A stretch of DNA of 64,000 nucleotides from Cycas panzhihuaensis. Its lineage: Eukaryota > Plantae > Cycadophyta. Below are positions 54,600-64,000 of the stretch, in pieces. Under the pieces are notes generated by a model that had not been told where the DNA came from, searched no databases, and was given only the letters and a program-made list of their open reading frames with translations. Positions within the stretch are counted from its first letter, which is position 1. Each line of letters begins with the position of its first letter. The position numbers and the translations under genes are program-made. The stretch spans positions 233,995,741 through 234,059,740 of the forward strand of contig CM041465.1 in the NCBI GenBank assembly GCA_023213395.1. The letters are read 5' to 3'.

Positions 54600-54772
54600 G
54601 AAGGTAGTTTAGGCTCATTTCAGAATAAGAAAAAAAAATTGGAATGTTTTGGCATCATGCCCCCTAGTAGGGGATGCCCAACCTCATAAATGGGAGTAGT
54701 TTAGGTTCATTTCAAAGTGGGGGTTAGCAGTTTAGGCTCATATTGGAGCATGGTTGGCAGTTTAAGCTTACA
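54600..54772 (-). repeat. GAGCCTAAACT-type motif array right after the G integrase
   Basis: On the + strand: agtttaggctc, agtttaggttc, agtttaggctc and agtttaagctt at about 54606, 54698, 54729 and 54759. Confidence 0.85.
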
Positions 54773-54809
54773 CTGGATCATGGTTTGGTTGCCCCCCTAC
54801 ATTGCCCCC

Positions 54810-57285
54810 CAAACTTAAGGCCTTCTAATGTAGCAATCTAGTATGAGCTATTATTGAGGCTTTCAATAACAACAAAAGGGCCTAACCATTTGGGGTTGAA
54901 TTTGGAAAGGTAATCATATAGATATTCTAGTTTGAGGACCTGGTTCCCAAGAATTAGAGATCACGGTCTTAAATGTTTATCATGTGTCTTTTGGGCCTTA
55001 GCTTTAGATGTAAGGTTAGCCTGATATGCAGTAAGGCATATTTTGTCTAATGCCTCAAGATCGAGGAGACAAGCCTAGCATTGCTAGTCTTTATCTATAA
55101 ATTCTTTAAGGGAAACCAGTGAGGAAGGAATTTCCACCTCAAGGGGCAATACCACTTCCGATCTATAAACCAAAGAAAATGGTATCAAGCTTATAGTCAT
55201 CCTAATGGACATTCTATAGGCCCATAGGCTGAATAAAGATAGAGGTACCAATCTCATTGGGGTTGAGTGTTGATTTTCTCTAAGATGTTGATCAAGGTTT
55301 TATTGAAAGCCTTAACTTGGTTATTGGCTTAGGAGTAGTATGGAGATGAGGTTTTATGAGAGATCTTGAACCTCTCACAAAGTTCATCCATTTCCTTATT
55401 ACAAAATGGGCCCCTATTATTAGTAATAAGGATGTTGGGGGTCCTAAACCTACAAATGATATGTTAAAAGATGAAGGTGGTTATTATCTTACCTGTCATT
55501 AAGGAAGCCTTGGCCTATTTAGTAAATTATTTTATTTCCATTAGAACAAACTTGTGTTGGGCTGAGGAAGGGGGGGTTATGTCTTGAATGAGGTCAAGGC
55601 CCCGTTAGGAAAATGGCCATGGCAACATTATAGTGTACAACACTTCATAAGGTTGATGTATTAATTTGAAATGCTCTTAGAATTTTCGACACCATTGGGC
55701 ATAAGCATGAGCATCCTTAAAAAGGGTTGGCTAATATAAACCCATATGAATGATTCATTATGCCATAGATTAGCCCCTAAAATATCCATCACAAATGATT
55801 TCATGGCATTCATAAAGAACTTAACTAGTTTCCTCTAGATTAATACAATGAAGGAGAACATCATCAAATCACCATTTATATAATACATCCTCAACAAGGA
55901 AATGTTACTAAGTGGAGGCTCCTACGTAGAGTTTGACTTTGTCGCTAGCATTTATGGGATATTTCTGCTAAGTTAAATAATTTAGAATGTTGTCATACCA
56001 CTCATTGTTGGCCATGGGATGCCTATCAGATTATTGGAGGGCTAAGATGGGTTCATCAAGTAATGAATCGTCAATTGGCATATTGGTAGAATTGAGAAGA
56101 GAGGCATCAACCAGTTGCTTAGCTACCACCATACCCTTTTTTGACTTGTAATTAATGACCTCTAAGTCATATTCTTGGAGGAGAATAACCCATTTTCCTA
56201 TTCTCCCTGTCAGGTTAGACCTAGCCATTAAGTAATGTAGTGGATCCAATTGGACTATTATGTGGGTGGTGTTGCTAAGGAGGTAGTTCCACAGCTTCTT
56301 AATAATAAATATCAATGTGAGGTATTCTTTTTCCACTAGTGGGTAGTTTATTTTAGCTACCATGAGGGTCCAACTTATAGAATAGACTACCCTCTCGACC
56401 TTAGAATCATTTTCTTATATAAGCATAGCACCAACAGATTTATCAGTTGCTAAAGTACAGAGAATAAAGGGTCGATCAAACAAAGGCAAGGTTCATGGGG
56501 GAACCAAGATGAGAGCCCTTTATTAAAGTATATAGAATAAAGAGCCAATCAAACAAAGGTGAGGCTAATATAGGAATCAAGATAAGAACTCTCTTAAGCT
56601 CTTGAAAAGCCTCTTAGGCTCGAGGGGTCCAAATGAATGGGATTCTCTTTTTAAGCAGGTTAGTCAGTGGCTTCGCATTAATAGCAAAGTTTACCAAAAA
56701 TCATCATAGGAAACTTAGTTTCCCTAGAAACGGCTTGATTTGTCATCATATCTTTGGAAGTGGAATCTCCATTATAGCATTGACCTTATCAAGGTCAACC
56801 TGGATCCCTTGTTGGGACACTAAAAAGTCCAATAATTTGGTAATAGTTTCTACAAAAATATATTTAAACAGGTTAACACTAGCATGGCATTTACAACACC
56901 TAATGAATATCTTTCTAAGATCCATAGGGTGATCAGCCTTCTTGCGGGAAAGGCCCATTAAATCATCCATGAAGACCTTAAGTACCTTATTAATGAGGTC
57001 ATGGAAGATGAAGCACATGGCCCTTTGACAGGTCACATGGACATTCTTCAAACCAAAGGGCATGGCCTTGTAAACAAACATTCCCCAAGGAGTTGCAAAG
57101 GTAGTTTTATGATAGTCTTCAGGGGATATTTGTATTTGGTTATATCCTGTAAAGTTATTCGTCAAGGACATAACCTCAAACCCTATAGTATGGTCAATGT
57201 TTTAATCAATAAATAGGAGAGGGAAGTTGTCCTTGGGACATGCATTATTAATATCCCTAAAATCAATACATATTCATATGGCCCA
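54810..57285 (-). pseudogene. G pol fragment RT-RH-INT, with no aRH between RH and INT
   Basis: ICIDFRDINNACPKDNFPL, GYNQIQISPEDYHKTTFATPWG..MPFGLKN, VFMDDL; NYPLVEKEYL..KWVILLQEYDL RH; then directly WYDNILNYL and the integrase. Confidence 0.93.
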
Positions 57286-58426
57286 TGCACTACTTAAGCG
57301 TAGATTCAAGACCCATGTGATGAAGCCCCTCTTGGCATTTAGGGTTTGGAGTTCTAGTTTTCTAGGTGCTTTCAGTTTCATTTGTTTATTCTTTGCAGAA
57401 TTAATAATTTTTTGTAGAAAAAGAAGTGGTTGATTTTGTTTGTTTACCTTCTTTTATATATTTTTTGTTTATAAATAAAAAAGGGATGAGAGGGGATAAA
57501 ATGAGATGAAATAAAACACTACTAAACCTCCCTCTCTTTTACCTTCTCTCTCTCTATTTCCTTTTATATTTTCTTTCTTTTTTTTTCTTTTCTCTTTTTG
57601 TATGGCAAAAAAATGGGAAGGAAAGGGGGGATAAGAGGAAGAAGAGGCACTTATAAACTACCCTCCCCTTTTTATTCCTTCTTTCTCTCAATGTCTACCT
57701 TCCCTTATGCTTTATCCCATCCTTTTCCTACTTTCCTTTTTTCTTTCCTACCCCATTTTCTTTCTTCTTTCCTTTTCTTTAAGCAAAAAAAGAAAAAAAA
57801 CATATAATTAAGAAGGTAGGGGAAATTAACTTAGAAAAGGAAGATGGAAACGAGGGTAAGGAGGTGTACACAGGTAAGAATGTTAGCTACAATGTAGATG
57901 CTCCTTTTGACTTACTTTGGCAACTCCATGTGTAGTTGTGAAGGAATGGGGCTACAACTTACCTATCCCCAAGCATAAAGGTAATAAAAATGTAAGGAAA
58001 GAGAGACAACAGAAATAAAGAAACACAATATAAACACTAACTCACCTTTTGATGTGAAGTTGATCTCCAATCTTTTGGAAGATTTAGGAAGCTTTACTTC
58101 CTACTTTATCATGTAAGTTAGTAGCATTCAATAATAACGAAACTTATAATGCTAACACTAACAAACGAAACTAACTAAGGATGCAATCTTTAAATCTGGA
58201 CATTCATCATGTAAAAAGAGAAAAATAAGATAAATACAAGGAAAAAATAAGAGGAAAGTGCCTCAAGATGGTAGTAGTCTCATGCAAATATAGGTGGTTT
58301 CCTAAGTTGTACTTAGGAAACCTCCTTAAAATCCTATAACTCAAGCAATAAGGAGAGGATGGGGGAAAGAACATGCATGCATCTTGATCCTATCCCTTTA
58401 TACCAAAAGAAAATACATAAAATCAA

Positions 58427-58840
58427 GTAATCACTAGTTTACCATAGCCCCAACAACATGCAACATGGCATAAATAGGAGACCAAGGGAAATAAAAGATG
58501 TCAACCACACAAAAAAAGGTATAGAGATTACCCAAGCCTTTAGAGATGGTAGGAGAGATAATGGCCTACCAAAAAGAACTCCTTAAAGCTCCCTTGATTG
58601 AGTGGATGAAGATCTCTTCAAGATGTTACCTCAATTGGTAGCTAACAATCACTTAAAAGTTGATTACATTTGAGTAGAAAACTTGGTAGTATTTTGATAT
58701 CACTATGTAAGAATGAGAGAGTCCTCCCCTCCTTTGAAAAAATAAGGGGTTTTATAGAAAATTTCTAGGTGAGGGGGTGGTGGTTTCATGCATATAATGT
58801 AGGAAAACCACCACCCAAAACCATGAGTAATGTCATGGTT
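58427..58840 (+). repeat. 414-bp direct repeat, copy 1
   Basis: Matches 62977-63390 with 13 substitutions and no indels by manual count. Confidence 0.97.
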
Positions 58841-58859
58841 GGGCCAAGATGAAAAAATA

Positions 58860-59112
58860 GTTCAAAGTGAACAACTGAAGATTAAACAGATTAATGTTAA
58901 AATAGAAGAGCAACCTCAGATGATCTCCATAGAGGATTATTGGGATGTGGAGACTATGCAACAGCCCACAACACTATTCTTGGAATATAAGGATGTTTTC
59001 TCTTAGTCATATAATGATCTAAAAGGTATATCACCAAAATTAGGAGAACATCAGATAAAACTAGTAGAAGGGGCAAAGCCTATTTGACAACGTCCCTATA
59101 GAATGAATCCCA
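58860..59112 (+). pseudogene. Gypsy pol fragment (region just upstream of RT)
   Basis: ISIEDYWDVETMQQPTTLFLEYKDVFS*SYNDLKGISPKLGEHQIKLVEGAKPI*QRPYRMNP. Confidence 0.88.
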
Positions 59113-60000
59113 AATTGTTGGTACGTGAAGAAACAATTGTTATGGAGAGGTCTATAGCTGAGAGAAGCATACAACACTAGAATAGCAGGAAAAAGTAGAT
59201 TGATTGTCATGTTGGAACAATAATAGACATAAGATGGAATATACAGATCGAGGCTGGAGTCGTAAACTATCATTATGTCTCCCCTATTCCATTGTCTTCT
59301 GCTATTGAGTCTTGATTGTGGAAAAATTTAATACTGCGACTGACATAAATGCAGTAGATCATAAAGGAGAATAGTAAACCCTGGCCATCCATTGACTAAG
59401 GAGCGACTGCAAATCCATGGGCTACGTGAAGAACATAAGAGTGACTGCCCATTGAGCCTGCACACATGAAGAACCCTCCAGAAAGGGAGACTACTGTTAT
59501 ATAGTAGAAGCTGCCAATGAAAGAGATGCCCTACTGTAAACTCGCAAGCTGTATATGATCACGGTGAAGTTTAGATAATCATTTTAGCTCATTGAAAGAA
59601 GATGAAGAGTTCTCGAGTTGTAGTTATTGAATTAAAGCAGAATTAATTTAGACCAGTCAATGATCATGAAGCCATTCACATAATAGAAAAGGGTCGTCCC
59701 TTTGATAGATCAAAGAATTCACTTAGGAATTCTTTTTGCTGAGCGGCATGCAATTGGTATAAACATAGGAGTATAATTGTCGGTGCTTGCTATAAATCAC
59801 CAGTCCCAAGATCTACATTGACAAAGAATTATAAGACCTGAGATGGACATCTAGTAAACCACCACACACATCCAACCAAAAGAAGGAATGCAGACAGTTA
59901 GAAATTCAAGAGAGAAATCATGGAAGGAAAGATCCCTGCACAGAGTATTGATATTGTTGCCTAGTTCACCATTGAAGCTTGAAGATATCTTCAACTGTCT

Positions 60001-60144
60001 GAAACTGAAGCATGGTTCATTGATTCATTTGAAGAATGGCGTAAAGCCAAAAACCTGGATAACTTTATTTTACTGGGTCACTCTTTTGGAGGCTATGTTG
60101 CTGCAAAATATGCCATTAAGCATCTAGAGCATGTTCGCTGCCTA
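60001..60144 (+). pseudogene. CGI-58: Captured fragment of a CGI-58/ABHD5-like alpha/beta hydrolase (LPA acyltransferase)
   Basis: ETEAWFIDSFEEWRKAKNLDNFILLGHSFGGYVAAKYAIKHLEHV with GxSxG motif; recognised from plant CGI-58 proteins. Confidence 0.9.
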
Positions 60145-60394
60145 AAACCTGTCTCATGTTCTCGATCGCTCAAACACAAAACCTGTTTCATGTCCTCAGT
60201 CTCATCCATAGTCTTGTCCTCATCATCAATATTCGTTGGGTCTAGCATGCTCTACTGTCTCTAAGTTGGCAAATGAGGTAGACCACATATATTGAGAATT
60301 ACTTCCAAGTCCTGTGCCACCACTACTGGGTAGAGAACTACTCTGATTGAATCCCCAAGACTGATGTGGCAGATTCTCCTCTATCTGAGATTGA

Positions 60395-60499
60395 TTTGCA
60401 ATTGTAGCAGTTAGGCTTGGGCTTCACAGTGTGACTCTCGGTTAGGTTGGTAATGATATGTATGACCAGTTTCTAAGGGAAGTGCTGAAGAAAGAGGGT
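60395..60499 (+). pseudogene. Captured fragment of a pfkB-family kinase (plastid nucleoside kinase-like)
   Basis: FAIVAVRLGLHSVTLG*VGNDMYDQFLREVLKKEG matches the pfkB N-terminal signature AxxxARLG..G.VG.D.YG.FL...L..EG. Confidence 0.8.
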
Positions 60500-61239
60500 G
60501 AACACTACAGAATTTGATCATGTGATAAGAAACTGTAAGCTAGTCTTATGTTAAGTTCTTATGAATCCTAGTCAAAGACATGACAACCTTGCTGGTTTTG
60601 ATAGCTGGCTGAAATAAGGACAGTACTAGCAATCCTGGCAGGCAGTGTTGAATAAGCAGTGCTGAACATAGTCCTGGTAGGCAGTACTCATGAAGATAGA
60701 GCTGTACTTTTGATGTTGATGCCTTGCATACTATGGACGTTATTAACACTTACTATGCTTTTGCTGATTATTATCAAGATCTGAAGGGCATTAAAGTGTA
60801 TGAGGCTATCATCAAATCCTTAAGCTCTTTTTCTAAATCTATTCAAGACACAGAGTTGTAGGAGGAATCTATCAACTGAAGACACCATTACTACTATTGT
60901 AGGAGGAGGTCATTTCTTTACAGTTGTAACTCAGTGGTATGATAAACTGGCTGGAAGAGTAATCTTGATAGGAAACTCTAATCTTTGGTCAGTTGGTTGC
61001 TTACAAGTATACACAAAATGTGGAAGGAGAGCACTGCCCACCATGATAGTTACCTTGGTAGCAACATTCATAGATTGTGAGGAGAGATGGAACAATATTC
61101 AGGTTTAAGTCTTCCTTTGTTAATTTGATTTTCAAGTTGAAGTGGATATTCTTTGATCATACACTATGGAGTTGAGTGATGTCATAGTCTTTCTGCCTAA
61201 AAAAAATGAATACTAGCTATCAGATCTTCCCTTCCCTTT

Positions 61240-61520
61240 TCCAAAATATATTGGAACTAATTTTCATTTATGAAAAATTAAGATGGAAAGTCTATTTGTA
61301 GTAAAGAAACTTTGGAAAATAGTCATGGGGACTGAAATGGCTCACGAAGAAGGGGAGGAAATCTTCAAAAGGAAAAACAGAATTGTTATTGACGTGATAC
61401 TTGTAGCCATTGATAAGGATAACCTCCATACTTCCTATCACTTTATTATTCAGGTTCTGCAGAATTCAAACTCAGCTAAGGACGCTTGGAAACTATTGAC
61501 AGAAGTGCATGAAAAGGACC
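61240..61520 (+). pseudogene. Copia gag N-terminal fragment
   Basis: GTNFHL*KIKMESLFVVKKLWKIVMG..SAKDAWKLLTEVHE. Confidence 0.85.
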
Positions 61521-62610
61521 AAGAAGTGCAAAGAAAGAATCAAAAGAGCAAAAAAACAAAGGAAGAAGTTGAAGAGAAAAGAAAAAAGGGAAAGCTAGTA
61601 TGACAAAACCATGATCTTGAAACCAGCCTTGGAGGCTAAAGATTCTAGGCACCAATCCCTGGCGATAATAGTTCATATAGACACGAGTTGCCTAACAAAA
61701 GGTATGAATAATGTTATCCTAATTTGTGTTGACAAGTTGATAGGAAGAATTCAAATGGTGATAGGTCATACAGTGATTTGCATGTATTGGAAAATATCCG
61801 TGATCTCCCTCAACTCAGTTACATCCTCCATTCTCATCTTTGAAAAGATCAAAATTATAACAGCATATCCTAGAGCGGCACTAAAAAGTTGTTTTCAAAG
61901 AAACATAAGAAGGATACCATGTCATCAGGATCTTGCTTATCAATTTCATATTACCTTTTGGATAGGTTACCTGATTATGAAAGTCAATCATATTGAAATA
62001 ATGTTCCATGTATGCATATCCATAATCAGAAAGCATATGTATGTGAGTATCATAGAAATACTCATTATACTTAGCTTATGGAACCCTTTGAGTGACACAG
62101 AGAAAGCAAGGTACATCACACAGATTATAGGAACTTGACTCAATAAATCCATTGCTTCAGAGGAGGATAATGATGATGTCTCATTGCTACATTTGGATAA
62201 TGATGATATTGCTAACATCTATTTTTTTGGTCACTCACATACTGAAGAAAATGGAAGTAAACAGGTGATAGATATCCTTGATGAGTATATGCAAGATCAT
62301 GTGGAATTAGCTATCATTCGCTACCTGTTTAGCATAGCAAAGGATTCTCAACTATGTATGAAGTTGAAAGAAGCAAAGCTCGGAGATCATCAGTTCAAAG
62401 GACAGCTTCAGAAAGGACACTACAAGGTTGAAGACCAAGACCATGCCCAAGACATGGTGTTCAAGACCTTTCCAAGATCAAGGCAGTGGAGATTCAAAGA
62501 AGACAAAGTCTATTAGAGTCTGTTGATAGTCATGTTGTCTTTAATGTCTCAAATTCATGTCAAGTGTTAATGTATGTCAAATTGTCCTTAGTTCAAACAT
62601 TAAGGGGAGG

Positions 62611-62976
62611 TGTTAGAAATAATGTTTAATGTGTGTGGGTCCTAGGACAATAAGTGATAGTCCTAAGTCTTAGGGTCAAAAGGTCATTATAATACTATGT
62701 AAAAGGATATAAGTTTATTGGCCAGGTTAGTGGTGTAAAGCTATTGGTTAGGACAAAGGTATTTATCCCACATGCATTACTTGTGTTGAATAGTCTCCCA
62801 CCTCTTTGGTATATAAAAGTGGTTGAGGTAGTATGTAAAGACATCACATCATCAAGGCTCATATTGAGTCTTTGGTTCTTTTGGTATGTTAATACATTCT
62901 GATTATATTATGTTAATCTCTGTTGATGTTATTGATCTTGCTATTGATGAGTGTTCTCCATGTTAAAAACTTAATA
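62611..62976 (+). repeat. Single 3' LTR of H
   Basis: Follows the PPT; tgttag..cttaata (TG..CA with C to T); internal tatataaaag TATA. Confidence 0.85.
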
Positions 62977-63390
62977 GTAATCACTAATTTACCATAGCCC
63001 CAACAACATGCAACATGGCATAAATAGGAGACCAAGGGAAATAAAAGATATCAACCACAAAAAAAAAGGTATAGAGATTACCCAAGCCTTTAGAGATGGT
63101 AGGAGAGATAATGGCCTACTAAAAAGAACTCCTTAAAGCTCCCTTGATTGAGTGGGTGAAGATCTCTTCAAGATGTTGCCTCAATTGGTAGCTAACGATC
63201 ACTTAAAAGTTGATTACATTTGAGTAGAAAATTTGGTAGTATTTTGGTATCACTATGCAAGAATGAGAGAGTCCTCCCCTCCTTTGAAAAAATAAGGGGT
63301 TTTATAGAAAATTTCTAGGTGAGGGGGTGGTGGTTTCATGCACATAATGTACAAAAACCACCACCCAAAACCATGAGTAATGTCATGGTT
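62977..63390 (+). repeat. 414-bp direct repeat, copy 2
   Basis: Begins immediately after the H LTR end. Confidence 0.97.
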
Positions 63391-64000
63391 TGGAAGTTAG
63401 ATTTTCAAAAAAAAAAAAAAAAGAGTTATTGGAGGCACATTTAATGTCCCAAGACCACGGTGAGCTAACCTGGGGTTGCTAGGTCTAACAAAAGTATCAT
63501 AAATGAGCTAACTAAATCTTAAAGACTGTGGTTAAATATTATAACCATCATACTATTAGGAAATCTGTGATATAATAAATATATTTGCGGTGCCATAAAT
63601 ATATTTATAGTACAAGTAGAATTGACAGAATTCATAGTGGTACATACAAAATTTATAGTAATCATAGAAATATAGGTACAAAACTAATTTTTTCACTGAT
63701 TTTCACCATTAACCAAGAAAATCTCACAAATGGATAATCCTAAAGGTGGAAATCAATAAACACAGAGTGGCAACAAAGTGAAAACAAGGCTAAAAGGGAA
63801 AAAAAAAAAGTCAACAATCAATAAGAAAATGAGTTGCAAGAGGATAGGGAGGTTCCTTTTTGAACCAATGGACCACGACAAGGAGACAACAAAGCCATGG
63901 ATCAAAGTCCTAATCATCATCAACAAAAAAGGGGATGAATAAGCAAGCTGAATAAGCAAATAAAGCATACATTCCCTATCTAAAATCATTATAATTATCA

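Larger units (their letters stand above)
58841..62976 (+). mobile_element. Chimeric non-autonomous, 5'-truncated LTR element H with captured gene fragments
   Basis: Gypsy pre-RT piece, host gene pieces, Copia gag start, PPT aaggggagg 62602-62610 and a single LTR. Confidence 0.8.
57290..64000 (-). mobile_element. Second Tat-family LTR-like sequence, interrupted by insert H
   Basis: Colinear patchy similarity to 47150-49000 (acttacctatcc; ttcctaagttgtacttaggaa; aaaaccatga; gctaac.tggggttg). Confidence 0.6.

Noticed and set aside
54790-54812. ggggggcaaTGTAG (minus) as PPT plus LTR start
   Set aside because: What follows matches T1's internal 3' modules rather than an LTR, and ggggggcaa is locally duplicated. 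Not fully excluded.
59312-59372. Ankyrin-like LIVEKFNTATDINAVDHKGE
   Set aside because: Too short and lacks the following T.LH motif; needs a search.
61611-62138. 175-aa ORF, the longest in the track
   Set aside because: No recognisable motif and it lies in mosaic cargo; I cannot support it as a gene.
58427-63390. 414-bp repeats as the LTR pair of element H
   Set aside because: No TG..CA ends, no PBS after copy 1 and no PPT before copy 2. The segment continues into host LTR-like sequence on both outer sides, and H has its own PPT and LTR.

Overview
AT-rich, CG-poor plant nuclear DNA made almost entirely of nested, decayed LTR retrotransposons. I found no intact host gene, RNA gene or CRISPR array. 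Four full-length elements have LTR pairs, an iMet PBS, a PPT and a TSD: Copia A 11446-18301 (+), chromoviral Gypsy B 19231-25990 (+), Copia C 27451-35152 (+) and Copia E 38727-46302 (-). Gypsy D (about 35400-38692) is a 5'-truncated chromoviral relative of B. These sit in or next to the long LTR-like regions of two older, related Tat-type Gypsy elements: T1 on + (internal part 1-10600) and G on - (about 57285-46308). The main observation is in the T1/G 3' regions. Both carry the same two accessory units after the integrase: a sense archaeal-type RNase H gene with its own TATA, and an antisense, intron-containing plant-mobile-domain-like gene. Each unit is bracketed by copies of a TAAACTATGG-type motif, and the two units occur in opposite order in T1 and G, like shuffled cassettes. 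The youngest event is a single-LTR chimeric insert (58841-62976) carrying CGI-58 and pfkB-kinase gene fragments, flanked by a 414-bp duplication of host sequence. All calls are by eye and by manual translation; no searches were run. Boundaries not fixed by a TSD, PBS or PPT are approximate.
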